A stretch of DNA of 46,804 bases from an uncultured Acidimicrobiales bacterium (GTDB lineage Bacteria > Actinomycetota > Acidimicrobiia > Acidimicrobiales > SZUA-35). The stretch lies in contig CALHBU010000385.1 in assembly GCA_937930655.1 (NCBI GenBank), forward strand, positions 1 to 46,804. Direction: 5' to 3'. The notes under the pieces were generated by a model. That model ran no database searches. It was not told the DNA's origin and was given only the letters and a program-made list of their open reading frames with translations. The translations under genes were made by a program, and so were the position numbers. How positions within the stretch are numbered: the first letter of the stretch is position 1; each line of letters begins with the position of its first letter. Of the stretch, positions 32,460 through 43,063 are shown in pieces.

Positions 32460-34540
32460 GCCTGTTCTCCACTTTCGTAACTGCTGCTTTGGTCTGTGGC
32501 ACCGCTGGTGGGGCGACCGCGGCCGTCCCGGTAGCGAGCCAACATTTGGCGAATCTCTTCAGGACTACGGGCGCTGGCCTTGATGGGCCGTCCGCCGTCG
32601 GTCGCAGGTGCTTGAGACTCGGCACGATTTCGTTTCACCAGGCCAGCACTTGCGGCACCGGCGGGAGCCGGTGATTCGGTCTCCAGGAGGGAGGCCATGC
32701 CGGCATCGAACTGGTCACCACTAGGGATGGCCTGCTCGAGATTGTCGGGCGAGGACTTTGGTGATGGGAAGCTCGGTGGCGTCCACGTGTCTTCGGAGCC
32801 GCCGTCGGCTGGTGCGGCGAACGGATCGGCCGGTGATTCGGCAGGCGAGTCGAACGAGGGGGCTGCTTCAAACGGGCTGGAGCTCTCGAACGAGGGTGCA
32901 TTATCGAACGAGGGTGCAGCATCAAACGAGGGCGCAGCATCAAACGGTTCGGCGGCATCGAATGACGGCGTCGAGTCGAAAGAAGTTGCGGCGCCGAACG
33001 GTTCGGCGGCATCGAATGACGGCGCCGAGTCGAACGAGGGCAGCTCGGAGGTCTGGGCATCGCCATCGAGGATGGGTGCGCCCCGTTCGGGCATGACCGG
33101 CGGCGTCCACGCTTCCTCCGAGGAGGGAGCAAAGGGATCAGCCGGCGCATCAGCGGGGGCGGCAAAGGGGTCCTCGGTGGTAGACCCACCAAGAGCGGAC
33201 GGGACGGAACCACCAAGAGCGGCAGGCACGTCCTGCATTGGTGAGTCTGCGACCGGGCCGCCAAGGCCGGCAGGTACACCGCCGAGTCCAGCAGGTGCGC
33301 CTCCACCGAGGGCAGCAGGAATCGGGGCGCCACCCAACGCTTCGGGAGCACCCGGTGCGGCTGGAGCATTGGAAACAGGGGCGCCGAGGGCGGTGTCGGG
33401 AGCGGCATCCATGGCCGGCATGCCGTTGGTTGATTGACCCACGGTGATGATGGTCGAAGGCACGAGGACAAGAGCGGTGATACCGCCACCCTCGGTGTAG
33501 GCCAACTCGACCTGCACCTCGAGTCGTTGGCCAAGACGGCCTATGACAATGAAGCCGAGGGAGCGGGAGAGACCCAGACCGAGCTCGGGAGGATTGGCCA
33601 GCGTTTCGTTCGATGCCCGAATCTGGTCGTCGGTCATGCCGAGCCCATGGTCGGCAACGGTGATGAGGTAGCAGCCGTCGGGCTGTGCCATACCGTTGAC
33701 TTCGACCGGGCTTTCCGGTGGCGAGAACTGGGTGGCGTTCTCCATGACTTCGGAGAGCAGGTGGGCTAGGTCAACAGCAGCCTGGGCACCAATCTCGCCG
33801 TCGTCGATCTGCATGAGATGAACGTGTCGGTAGTCCTCGATCTCGCTCATCGCGACTCGCAGGATGTCGGCGACGGCCACGGGGCCACCACGACGTCGGC
33901 TGGGTTCCGCTCCGGCCAAAACCAGGAGACTCTCAGCGTTGCGGCGCATACGAGTAGCGAGGTGATCCAGGCCGAACAGCTCCTCGAGGCGATCGGGGTC
34001 TTCCTCGTTGGACTCGAGCCGGTCAATGGACTCGATCTGACGATCGAGGAGACTCTGGTTACGGCGAGCGAGGTTCACAACAAGGTCACTGAGACCCTGC
34101 CGCACGAGGTTCTGTTGCTCAGTGGCAACCTGGCTGGCCGAATCCTGCACCGAGTTGAGTGCACTGACCAGCTTGCGCATTTCGTCGTTGCCACCCTCTT
34201 CGATCTCGAGCGGAGGAAACTCGGGAGTCTCCATTCCCGGGGTGCGGAGCGACTCGACGAGGAGCGGCAGTCGGACAGTGGCAAGTTCGTTGGCTGCGCC
34301 ACTGAGCTCATCGAGCGGGTCGGTAATGGTCCGGCCAATGACGATGACGGTCAGGGCGCTCAGAATGAACGCAGCAAGCGCCACGATGCCTAGGGTCCGG
34401 ATATCGCCGGAGAGCGCATCCACTGAGTCGGCGCCTCGGAAACCGAGGAGAACACCGTACGCAGCGACCATTGCCAGGACCACCAAAGGTGGAACGACGA
34501 TGGCGAGGAGCTTGTTTCGAAGTGTCAGGTTCTTGAACAT
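32456..34540 (-). CDS. cvnA: conservon sensor histidine-kinase-like ATPase (CvnA-type) with a long disordered repeat tail
   Basis: ATG at 34540 (MFKNLTLRNKLL...). Two TM segments, a HAMP-like linker, and an ATPase region (NATQFSP..., DHGLGM, GLGLS). The C-terminal part, roughly 300 aa, is Pro/Ala/Ser/Phe/Asp-rich. Confidence 0.75.
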   Translation of the reverse strand: MFKNLTLRNKLLAIVVPPLVVLAMVAAYGVLLGFRGADSVDALSGDIRTLGIVALAAFILSALTVIVIGRTITDPLDELSGAANELATVRLPLLVESLRTPGMETPEFPPLEIEEGGNDEMRKLVSALNSVQDSASQVATEQQNLVRQGLSDLVVNLARRNQSLLDRQIESIDRLESNEEDPDRLEELFGLDHLATRMRRNAESLLVLAGAEPSRRRGGPVAVADILRVAMSEIEDYRHVHLMQIDDGEIGAQAAVDLAHLLSEVMENATQFSPPESPVEVNGMAQPDGCYLITVADHGLGMTDDQIRASNETLANPPELGLGLSRSLGFIVIGRLGQRLEVQVELAYTEGGGITALVLVPSTIITVGQSTNGMPAMDAAPDTALGAPVSNAPAAPGAPEALGGAPIPAALGGGAPAGLGGVPAGLGGPVADSPMQDVPAALGGSVPSALGGSTTEDPFAAPADAPADPFAPSSEEAWTPPVMPERGAPILDGDAQTSELPSFDSAPSFDAAEPFGAATSFDSTPSFDAAEPFDAAPSFDAAPSFDNAPSFESSSPFEAAPSFDSPAESPADPFAAPADGGSEDTWTPPSFPSPKSSPDNLEQAIPSGDQFDAGMASLLETESPAPAGAASAGLVKRNRAESQAPATDGGRPIKASARSPEEIRQMLARYRDGRGRPTSGATDQSSSYESGEQA
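32850..33047 (-). repeat. 11 consecutive 18-bp units encoding hexapeptide repeats (PSFDxA / EPFxAA) in the CvnA tail
   Basis: Plus-strand units begin TCGAACGAGGG / TCAAACGG / TCGAATGACGG. One 54-bp block is nearly duplicated (CGGTTCGGCGGCATCGAATGACGGCG occurs twice). Confidence 0.8.
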
Positions 34541-34622
34541 TGGCCTCTCACAGCACGCGGTATTGGATCGACACTGCATCCATCGGCCAAAGTTCACCGA
34601 CCTTGAGGTACCGTCTGAAATC

Positions 34623-35324
34623 GTGGAAACAGATGCGCTTCAAGGTGATCTCAGCACCACACCTCTGCCTGACCTTTTGCAACGGCTTTCGGCAGATGCC
34701 CGTTCTGGTCTGCTTCGCTTGGCGAACGGCGGTGAGCTGTGGTTGGACAACGGCCGGGTGTATTTGTCGACAACAGCAGCCAGTGCCGACATCGGCTCGG
34801 TTCTCTTTGGCGCTGGCACTGGCGGTCTTGACGAGATCGCCGACCTCCTGGCATCGACCCAGGATGTTGCCGGTCAGCTCGCCGACCGCGATCCGGCGGC
34901 TGCCCCCGTGCTGGAACGGCTGCTTCACGAGCACAATCTCACCGGTCTCTTCGAGTTGTTGGTGCCCCACGAGGGTGAGTTCAAGTTCGAAGACGGTCCG
35001 GTCCACCCCCTTGGCAGTCGTTTCTCGGAGCCCACCCCGGAGCTCGTCAGCCAAGCCCAGCGCCGGCTGGACATCTGGCGCCAAATTGCTGCCCGGATCC
35101 CGTCGACCGCTGTCGCCTTCTGTTTGAGCCGAACCCTTCCCGAAGAGGCCGAGGAGCGAATGGTCACCGCCGATGAGTGGCGCTATTTGTCTCTTCTCGA
35201 CAGCCACCGGTCAGTTGCCGACGTCATCAACGTCACCGGAGAGAGTGCTTTTCGAGTTTGTTCGTCGCTCTACCGACTCCTGCTCGAAGGGGTCATAGAA
35301 GAGGTCGAGCCCACCGAGACCTAA
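34623..35324 (+). CDS. DUF4388 (PATAN-like) domain protein
   Basis: GTG at 34623 (VETDALQGDLSTTPLPDLLQRLSADARSGLLRLANGGELWLDNGRVY), the typical DUF4388 opening. The upstream part of the track ORF is antisense to cvnA. Confidence 0.65.
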   Translation: METDALQGDLSTTPLPDLLQRLSADARSGLLRLANGGELWLDNGRVYLSTTAASADIGSVLFGAGTGGLDEIADLLASTQDVAGQLADRDPAAAPVLERLLHEHNLTGLFELLVPHEGEFKFEDGPVHPLGSRFSEPTPELVSQAQRRLDIWRQIAARIPSTAVAFCLSRTLPEEAEERMVTADEWRYLSLLDSHRSVADVINVTGESAFRVCSSLYRLLLEGVIEEVEPTET

Positions 35325-35327
35325 CGG

Positions 35328-36806
35328 TCAGGTGAGGGGGCGATCAGTTGGCCTGACCGGCTCTGGTAGCAGGGTGTCGCCCATCAAGTGACGATCGACG
35401 GCTGCCGCGCAGCTTCGGCCTTCGGCGATGGCCCAGACAATGAGACTCTGGCCTCGGCCCATGTCGCCACAGGCGAAGACATCATCGACTGACGTCTTCC
35501 ATTGATCGCTCCGATGGACGTTGCCCCTGGCATCAAGTTCGACGCCAAGCTGGTCAAGAACCGAACCTGGTTCGGGTCCGGTGAAACCCATGGCCAGAAA
35601 GACAAGATCCACCGGTAGCTCGAAGTCGGAGTCCGGCACGGGGTCGAAGGACGGCCGCCCGTCGACCATGTTCATCTCGACCTTGGTGCCGCACAGCGTT
35701 GTCAGCTTGCCATCCGTGCCCTTGAGCTCGGTGGTATTGACCGAGAACCAGCGCTCGCCGCCCTCTTCATGCGCTGATGAAACACGGAACATAAGTGGCC
35801 AGGTGGGCCACGGTGTGGTGTCGGCCCGGGAGTCCGGTGGACGTTCCATGATCTCGAACTGGTGCACACTGGCCGCACCCTGACGATGGGCAGTGCCGAG
35901 GCAATCGGCACCGGTGTCGCCGCCACCGATGATGATCACGTTCTTTCCGTTGGCATCGATAGGCGAGCTTTCGAGATCGCCCTCCTGCACCCGGTTGGCC
36001 AACGGGAGGTACTCCATTGCCTGGTAGGTGCCTTCCAGCTCGCGGCCCGGCACCGGGAGATCCCGCCACTGGGTGGCCCCGCCAGAGAGCACGATGGCAT
36101 CGAACTCGGCCTGGAGTTCGGCGACCGGAATCGAGCCTTCTTCATCGGCAGGTCCGCCGACGTTGGCGTTTGTTCGGAACTGGGTGCCCTCGGCCTCCAT
36201 CTGAGCCAATCGCCGATCGACAACCGACTTCTCCATTTTGAACTCGGGAATGCCATAGCGGAGCAGGCCGCCGATGCGGTCGGCCCGTTCGAAGACCACG
36301 ACATCATGCCCTGCTCTGGTCAGCTGCTGAGCGGCTGCCAAACCGGCTGGCCCAGAGCCTACGACAGCTACCTTGCGCCCGGTCTTTTTGGAAGCGATAA
36401 CCGGACGAACCCAGCCTTCTTCCCACGCCCGCTCGATGATCGAGACCTCGATCTGCTTGATGCTGACGGCCTCGGTATTGATGCCGGCCACGCACGCACC
36501 CTCACAGGGGGCGGGGCAGAGTCGGCCGGTGAATTCGGGGAAGTTGTTGGTGGCGTGAAGACGCTCGATGGCTTGTTCCCAGTTGTCTCGGTAGACAAGG
36601 TCATTCCAGTCCGGAATGAGGTTGCCGAGGGGGCAACCGTTATTGCAGAACGGGATTCCACAGTCCATGCAACGAGAGGCCTGGGTCTGGACCTCGTTGT
36701 CGTCGAAGTCTTCGTAGACCTCTTTCCAATCTCGAAGCCTGACTGGGACCGGCCGTCTGGTGGGCGTTTGTCGCCCATGCAACATGAAACCTCTCGGATC
36801 ACCCAT
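35328..36806 (-). CDS. gltD: glutamate synthase small subunit
   Basis: Starts MGDPRGFM and contains [17 protein letters not shown] and [14 protein letters not shown]. The ATG at 36806 overlaps the gltB 3' end by 8 nt. Confidence 0.95.
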   Translation of the reverse strand: MGDPRGFMLHGRQTPTRRPVPVRLRDWKEVYEDFDDNEVQTQASRCMDCGIPFCNNGCPLGNLIPDWNDLVYRDNWEQAIERLHATNNFPEFTGRLCPAPCEGACVAGINTEAVSIKQIEVSIIERAWEEGWVRPVIASKKTGRKVAVVGSGPAGLAAAQQLTRAGHDVVVFERADRIGGLLRYGIPEFKMEKSVVDRRLAQMEAEGTQFRTNANVGGPADEEGSIPVAELQAEFDAIVLSGGATQWRDLPVPGRELEGTYQAMEYLPLANRVQEGDLESSPIDANGKNVIIIGGGDTGADCLGTAHRQGAASVHQFEIMERPPDSRADTTPWPTWPLMFRVSSAHEEGGERWFSVNTTELKGTDGKLTTLCGTKVEMNMVDGRPSFDPVPDSDFELPVDLVFLAMGFTGPEPGSVLDQLGVELDARGNVHRSDQWKTSVDDVFACGDMGRGQSLIVWAIAEGRSCAAAVDRHLMGDTLLPEPVRPTDRPLT

Positions 36807-39800
36807 GGGCAGCCTCCATGATCGCAGCCATCGGATCAGTTCCGTCGGCCTCGGCTTGGCGACGAGCCAAGAGCACACGTTTGTAGTCGGTTGGCGTGAC
36901 CTTGACGAAACGCTGCGACTCGTTGGTCCACGATGCCAACAGTCTCTCGGCAACCGTCGAGCCGGTCTCCACGAAGTGGGCTTTGATCAGTTCTTGCAGC
37001 TCGATCAGGTCTTCGTCGTCGAGTGGGTCGAGCTCGATCATCTCGTAGTTCACCCTGGTAGAGAAGGTCTTGTCGGGGTCGTACACGTAGGCAATGCCGC
37101 CCGACATGCCGGCCCCGAAATTGCGGCCAGTGGGGCCAAGAATCACCGCTTTCCCGCCGGTCATGTATTCGCATCCGTGGTCGCCGACGCCTTCGACAAC
37201 TGCGCTGGCTCCGGAGTTTCGGACGCAGAACCGTTCGCCGACCATTCCTCGTAGGAACATCTCGCCTCCGGTGGCTCCGTAGAGAATGACGTTGCCGGCA
37301 ATGATGTTCTCCTCTGCCGCAAACGGCGAGGTCTTTGGTGGGAAGATGGCCATCCGGCCACCGGACAAACCCTTGCCGACATAGTCGTTGGCATCGCCCT
37401 CCAGACGGAGGGTGATGCCTCTAGGAACAAAGGCGCCGAAGGAGTTGCCGGCCGATCCGGTGAAATCGATCTGGATGGTGTCGTCGGGCAGTCCGGCGCC
37501 GCCGTAGATCTTTGTCAGCTCGTGGCCCAGTAACGTGCCGACCGTTCGATTCACGTTGCGAATAGGAAGGGCCAACCGCACCGCTTCGCCCTTTTCGAGC
37601 GCTGGTTGGCAGGCCGCAATCAGTTGCTGATCAAGGGCCTTGTCGAGACCGTGATCCTGGGTTTTGGTCTGGTAGCGGACCGCTCCCGGGTCGAGTTCGG
37701 GAACGTACAAGATTGGCGCCAGGTCGAGGCCCGAGGCCTTCCAATGCTCGATGGCGGCCGTCGTGTCGAGCACTTCGGCCTGGCCTACTGCCTCCTCGAT
37801 GGAACGGAATCCGAGTTCGGCCAGGTATTCCCTGACCTCTTCGGCGATGTACTCGAAGAATGTCTCGACGAACTCTGGTGTGCCGCTGAACTTGGCCCGC
37901 AATTCGGGATTCTGGGTTGCGATGCCAACCGGGCAGGTATCGAGATGGCAGACCCGCATCATGATGCAGCCGGAGACCACCAACGGAGCAGTGGCGAAAC
38001 CGAACTCTTCGCCGCCCAGAAGAGCGGCAACGATGACATCTCGGCCCGTCTTGATCTGGCCATCGACCTGCACCACGATTCGGTCCCGCAGGTCGTTGAG
38101 GAGCAGCGTCTGCTGGGTCTCAGCTAGGCCGAGTTCCCACGGTCCGCCAGCGTGCTTAAGTGAGGTGAGCGGTGAGGCTCCGGTTCCACCGTCGTGGCCT
38201 GAGATGAGGACGACATCGGACTTGGCCTTGGAGACACCGGCCGCCACGGTGCCGACACCGGCCTCTGCGACCAACTTCACATGGACCCTGGCCTCGGGAT
38301 TGGCGTTTTTGAGATCGTGGATGAGCTGGGCCAGATCCTCGATGGAATAGATGTCGTGGTGAGGAGGAGGCGAGATGAGACCGACACCGGGTGTGGAATG
38401 GCGGGTCTTGCCGATCCATGGGTACACCTTGCGGCCCGGTAGCTGTCCGCCCTCCCCTGGCTTGGCACCCTGGGCCATTTTGATCTGAAGATCATCGGCG
38501 TTGGTGAGATATTCCGACGTCACGCCAAAACGACCTGACGCCACCTGCTTGATGGACGATCGCTTGGAGTCGCCGTTGGGAAGGGTGACGAAACGCTCGG
38601 GATCCTCGCCTCCTTCGCCGGTATTCGACTTGCCGCCAAGGCGGTTCATGGCGATGGCCAGTGTCTCGTGAGCTTCGGCCGAGATCGAGCCGTAGCTCAT
38701 AGCGCCGGTAGCGAAACGTTTGACGATCTCGGAGATCGGCTCGACTTCGTCGATGGGCACCGGAGGCCGATCGGAATTGAACTGAAAGAGACCACGGAGG
38801 GTGGCCAGCTGTTGTGACTGGCCGTCGACGAGGGAGGTGTACTCCTTGAAGACCTCGTACCGCTTACTCCGAGTGGCGTGCTGGAGCTTGAAAACCGTGT
38901 CGGGATTGAAGAGGTGATACTCGCCTTCTCGACGCCACTGGTATTCGCCGCCGAAGTCGAGCTCTCGATGCTCGGTCATCTCGGGGCGATCGGGAAACGC
39001 CCGCTTGTGGCGAGCTTCACAAGCGGTCGCGATCTGACTGAGTCCGATGCCGCCCAGCTTCGAGGTCGTGCCGGTGAAGAACTCATCGACCAGGGCAGGG
39101 CTGAGGCCTACCGCTTCGAAAATTTGGGCTCCGGTATAGGAGGCAACGGTTGAGATGCCCATCTTGGACATCACTTTGATGACGCCCTTGCTGGCCGCTC
39201 GTAGGTAGTTGTGGGCAGCCAGGTTGGGGTCGGCCTGGGACTTGTCCCAGGCAATACGGTCCTCGATGGCTTCGAAGGCAACCGACGGGCACACCGCGGC
39301 AGCCCCGTAGCCGAGAAGCAGTGCGAAGTGATGCACTTCCCGTGCATCGGCGGCATCGACGACCAGTGCGGCCTGGGTGCGGGTACGTTCTCTGACCAGG
39401 TGATGATGGACTGCTCCGGTGAACAGGAGCGAGGGAATCGGCGCCATGTCGGCCGTAGCGTCGCGATTGCTGACGATAATGATGCTTGCGCCGCCTGCTA
39501 TCGCTGCGGAGGCTTCGGTGCGAAGGTTGTCGAGGGAGGCTCGAAGGCCTTCAGCCCCCTCTGACACGGGATAGAGGGCGGTCAGGGTGATGGCGCCCAG
39601 GTGGGGAAAGCTGCCCTCGTCGTTGGCGTGAGAGATCTGCATCAGCTCATCACGGGTGATGACCGGATAGGGCAGGCTGATCTGCCGGCACGACAACGGG
39701 CCCGGGTCGAGGATGTTGCCCTCCGGTCCGATGGTTCCGGCCGCTGAGGTGACGAGCTCTTCCCTTAGGGCGTCGAGCGGCGGGTTGGTGACCTGGGCGA

Positions 39801-41373
39801 ACAGTTGAGCGAAGTAGTCGAACAACATGCGAGGCCGACTAGAGAGCACGGCTATTGGGGTGTCGGTTCCCATGGAGCCAATGGCCTCGGTACCGCTGAG
39901 AACCATGGGCTCGACCAGAATGTCCAGCTCTTCCTCGGTGTAGCCGTTGGCCACCAGCTGAGGGACAAGATTCTCGTGCACAGGATGGGGTTCTGCCCGG
40001 TCGGGAAGGTCACTGAGTTCGACAACGTTCTCGAGCCACGTGCTGTATGGCTGGCTGGCGGCCAGGCCGTCCATGATCTCGTCGTCGTCGACGATGCGTC
40101 CCTTGTCGAGATCGACGAGGAACATCTTTCCCGGTTCCAAACGGCCCTTTTTGATGACCTTGGACGGGTCGACATCGATGACGCCGACTTCGGAAGCCAT
40201 AACGACCAGACCATCGTCGGTAACCCAGTAGCGACTTGGGCGAAGACCGTTGCGATCGAGGACGGCGCCGATGACCGAGCCATCGGTGAAAGCAACCGAG
40301 GCCGGGCCGTCCCACGGCTCCATGAGCGAGGCATGGAATCGGTAGAAGTCCCGGTGGGCGGGGTTCATGGCGTCGTTCTTTTCCCACGCCTCAGGAATCA
40401 TCATCAGAACGGCGTGAGGGAGGGAGTAGCCGCCAAGGTGGAGAAGTTCGAGTGCCTCGTCGAAGCTTGCGGTGTCGGAAGCATCGGGCGTGCAAATGGG
40501 AAAGAGTCGCTCGATATTCGGACCCCAGTGGGGAGTGGCGAGCAGCGCTTCCCTGGCTCGCATCCAGTTGCGATTGCCCATCACGGTGTTGATTTCGCCG
40601 TTGTGGGCCACGAACCGGTACGGGTGGGCAAGCGGCCAACTGGGAAAGGTGTTGGTCGAGAAACGGGAATGGACCAGGGCCAAAGCTGTCTCGAACCGGT
40701 CGTCTTCGAGATCAGGAAAGAAGTTGGGGAGCTGAGGCGTGGTGAGCATGCCCTTGTAGACGATGGTCCGAGCGCTCAGGCTTGGGAAGTAGACCTCGTG
40801 CCCGGTGCTTCGGTGGACCGTGTGCTCGATGCGCTTCCTGACGGCGTAGGCCCGACGGTCGAGTTCGATCCCGCTCAGCGTCGGTGTGCCCTCGGCTGAT
40901 GCAATAACCAGCTGCCAGAACGACGGCAACACGCCGAGCGCCTGTTGTCCCAGGTCAGAAGGGTCAACCGGGACCTCTCGCCAGACGATGACTCGGAGCT
41001 CTTCTGACTCAACGATCTCCTCAATGGCTGTTCTGACCGAGGCTGATGCTGTGGGATCGAGGGGAAGAAAACCGATACCGGTTGCGTAATCGCCGACCGC
41101 GGGGAGACCGTCGATGAGGTCGCGGTAGAGCCGATCGGGAATCTGGGTGAGGATGCCAGCGCCGTCGCCGGTATTCGGCTCGGCGTTGGTGGCACCTCGA
41201 TGTTGCAGACAACGAAGGGCGGTGAGGCCGTGCTGCAGGGTTGCATTGGTTGCGACGCCGTTGAGATCGGCGACAAAGGACACGCCGCAGGCATCGTGTT
41301 CGTGGCTGGGGTCGTAGAGGCCTTGGGCCGCGGGGATTGCTGACAGCTTTCCTGTGAGGGATGGTCGTGGCAC
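36799..41373 (-). CDS. gltB: glutamate synthase large subunit
   Basis: Amidotransferase N-terminus [16 protein letters not shown], followed by FMN and GXGXG domains. The GTG at 41373 is preceded by AGGAG (CCAGGAGAACCC-GTG), so it is preferred over the track start at 41442. Confidence 0.95.
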   Translation of the reverse strand: MPRPSLTGKLSAIPAAQGLYDPSHEHDACGVSFVADLNGVATNATLQHGLTALRCLQHRGATNAEPNTGDGAGILTQIPDRLYRDLIDGLPAVGDYATGIGFLPLDPTASASVRTAIEEIVESEELRVIVWREVPVDPSDLGQQALGVLPSFWQLVIASAEGTPTLSGIELDRRAYAVRKRIEHTVHRSTGHEVYFPSLSARTIVYKGMLTTPQLPNFFPDLEDDRFETALALVHSRFSTNTFPSWPLAHPYRFVAHNGEINTVMGNRNWMRAREALLATPHWGPNIERLFPICTPDASDTASFDEALELLHLGGYSLPHAVLMMIPEAWEKNDAMNPAHRDFYRFHASLMEPWDGPASVAFTDGSVIGAVLDRNGLRPSRYWVTDDGLVVMASEVGVIDVDPSKVIKKGRLEPGKMFLVDLDKGRIVDDDEIMDGLAASQPYSTWLENVVELSDLPDRAEPHPVHENLVPQLVANGYTEEELDILVEPMVLSGTEAIGSMGTDTPIAVLSSRPRMLFDYFAQLFAQVTNPPLDALREELVTSAAGTIGPEGNILDPGPLSCRQISLPYPVITRDELMQISHANDEGSFPHLGAITLTALYPVSEGAEGLRASLDNLRTEASAAIAGGASIIIVSNRDATADMAPIPSLLFTGAVHHHLVRERTRTQAALVVDAADAREVHHFALLLGYGAAAVCPSVAFEAIEDRIAWDKSQADPNLAAHNYLRAASKGVIKVMSKMGISTVASYTGAQIFEAVGLSPALVDEFFTGTTSKLGGIGLSQIATACEARHKRAFPDRPEMTEHRELDFGGEYQWRREGEYHLFNPDTVFKLQHATRSKRYEVFKEYTSLVDGQSQQLATLRGLFQFNSDRPPVPIDEVEPISEIVKRFATGAMSYGSISAEAHETLAIAMNRLGGKSNTGEGGEDPERFVTLPNGDSKRSSIKQVASGRFGVTSEYLTNADDLQIKMAQGAKPGEGGQLPGRKVYPWIGKTRHSTPGVGLISPPPHHDIYSIEDLAQLIHDLKNANPEARVHVKLVAEAGVGTVAAGVSKAKSDVVLISGHDGGTGASPLTSLKHAGGPWELGLAETQQTLLLNDLRDRIVVQVDGQIKTGRDVIVAALLGGEEFGFATAPLVVSGCIMMRVCHLDTCPVGIATQNPELRAKFSGTPEFVETFFEYIAEEVREYLAELGFRSIEEAVGQAEVLDTTAAIEHWKASGLDLAPILYVPELDPGAVRYQTKTQDHGLDKALDQQLIAACQPALEKGEAVRLALPIRNVNRTVGTLLGHELTKIYGGAGLPDDTIQIDFTGSAGNSFGAFVPRGITLRLEGDANDYVGKGLSGGRMAIFPPKTSPFAAEENIIAGNVILYGATGGEMFLRGMVGERFCVRNSGASAVVEGVGDHGCEYMTGGKAVILGPTGRNFGAGMSGGIAYVYDPDKTFSTRVNYEMIELDPLDDEDLIELQELIKAHFVETGSTVAERLLASWTNESQRFVKVTPTDYKRVLLARRQAEADGTDPMAAIMEAAHG

Positions 41374-41441
41374 GGGTTCTCCTGGTCTGTGGAGCGTGGG
41401 CGAGGCGGGGACAGCACTGGCCCAGCCGGGAGAAGATCCCA

Positions 41442-41604
41442 AACGCTAGCTCTAATTCCGATGTGGTCCACCCCTGTCCATCGTTAGTAGCGATGGATCG
41501 AGTGGGGAGGCGAGACGGAAAAGGGCTAGAGGGGTGTTCTACTCGACGACTCTTCGCACGAGCCGGCGGCAGACACCGGCGGCACCGTGGGGAGAGCTAG
41601 CGTT
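41442..41604. repeat. 12-bp inverted repeat pair (AACGCTAGCTCT at 41442-41453, AGAGCTAGCGTT at 41593-41604) bracketing the gltB/aminopeptidase intergenic region
   Basis: Read directly. Between the arms there are an inner palindrome CCATCG-N7-CGATGG and GTGG-T-CCAC. Confidence 0.7.
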
Positions 41605-41610
41605 CACTCT

Positions 41611-42933
41611 ATGCCGGACACCCCCGCTGCCCCCAAACCCGTCTCTGCCAATACGACCGCTCGCAAACAGGCTGAGGACGTTCTTGCTGACATCGAGGCA
41701 TCGCCCTCGCCATATCACTGTGTAACCAGGGCAGCCGAGCTGTTGACCGCCGCCGGTTTCGAGGCGGTGGCCCGAGAAGCGCGGCTTCCCACCGCGGCTG
41801 GCGGCTACTTCACGATCCACGGCGGTGCTCTGGTGGCGTGGCGATTGACCGACGCTTCAACCAATGGCTACTGCGTGGTCGGTGCCCACACCGACTCACC
41901 AAATTTGAGACTTCGGGCCCGGCCTGATGTGTCTTCGGCCGGTTGGTCACAGGTCGGGGTCGAAACCTACGGCGGCCTGCTCCTCAACTCCTGGCTCGAC
42001 CGCGACCTGGGTTTCGCCGGCCGAGTCACGGTGCGGGGTTCTCACGGACCGGCCGAGACCCTTATCAGAGAAGACCGCCCCGTTTTGCGGGTACCGCAAT
42101 TAGCCATCCACCTCGACCGAGAGATTCGAGACAAAGGCCTCCTTCTCAACCCGCAGCAGCACCTGACTCCGCTGTGGGCCCTTGGTGACGCCGGGGAGGG
42201 CGACGTGCTGGCCTATGTGGCCGACCTTGCCGATGTGTCGGCCGACGCCGTGCTGGCCTGGGAACTCATGGCGTTCGACACCCAGCCTCCTGCCATCGTC
42301 GGGCGGGACGAAGATCTCGTGGCCTCGGCCCGAATCGACAACCAGCTCTCCTGTTTCGCCGCTACCCGCGCCCTCGCCGACCTCGACGGAGCCAGAAGTT
42401 CTCGGATTCCGGTATTGGCCCTCTATGACCATGAAGAAGTGGGATCGGCCAGCTCCACCGGTGCCGCCGGCGGGTTCCTGGCCAATCTCCTCGAGCGGAT
42501 CTCGGCCGCCAAAGGCGTTGACCGGGTCGGACATCTTGAAGCTCTAGCCAGCTCGATCGTGGTCTCAGCCGACGGAGCCCACGCAACCCATCCCAACTAC
42601 GCCGACAAGCATGAACCAAATCACCACATTGACGTGAACGGAGGTGTTGTGATCAAACGGAACGCCAACCAGCGATATGCCACCGACGCCGAAAGCGAAG
42701 GATTCATGCGTCAGGTGTGCGCCGATGCCGACATCCCGGTCCAGACCTACATCCACCGCAATGACCTGCCGTGCGGTTCGACCATCGGCCCCATCACAGC
42801 AGCCGAGTTAGCGGTTCCGACCGTCGACCTGGGGGCGCCGCAGTTGGCGATGCACAGTGTGCGAGAAATGGCCGGAGTGGCCGATATTGGCTTCCTGACA
42901 GGGGCTCTGGCTGGCGCCTGGGCGGCTAGCTAA
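41611..42933 (+). CDS. apeB: M18 family (aspartyl) aminopeptidase
   Basis: Contains SPSPYHCV and GAHTDSPNLRL, with a C-terminal MHSVREM. ATG at 41611. Confidence 0.85.
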   Translation: MPDTPAAPKPVSANTTARKQAEDVLADIEASPSPYHCVTRAAELLTAAGFEAVAREARLPTAAGGYFTIHGGALVAWRLTDASTNGYCVVGAHTDSPNLRLRARPDVSSAGWSQVGVETYGGLLLNSWLDRDLGFAGRVTVRGSHGPAETLIREDRPVLRVPQLAIHLDREIRDKGLLLNPQQHLTPLWALGDAGEGDVLAYVADLADVSADAVLAWELMAFDTQPPAIVGRDEDLVASARIDNQLSCFAATRALADLDGARSSRIPVLALYDHEEVGSASSTGAAGGFLANLLERISAAKGVDRVGHLEALASSIVVSADGAHATHPNYADKHEPNHHIDVNGGVVIKRNANQRYATDAESEGFMRQVCADADIPVQTYIHRNDLPCGSTIGPITAAELAVPTVDLGAPQLAMHSVREMAGVADIGFLTGALAGAWAAS

Positions 42934-43063
42934 CTGTCTCAGCCAACCATGTTGTAGCCACGGGCCGGGGCCACTACCGTTCGACGGTCGCCGCGCCCCC
43001 GCTAGCTCTTTCGCCTGAGGAGGTGCGGCCGCCACACCTAGCACCCCCTCTGAGGAGAGACGC

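Noticed and set aside
41442-41604. 163-bp element with 12-bp terminal inverted repeats considered as a MITE
   Set aside because: There is no target-site duplication at the flanks (…GATCCCA / CACTCT…), no second copy in the window, and no transposase. It is more simply a regulatory region; see the findings.
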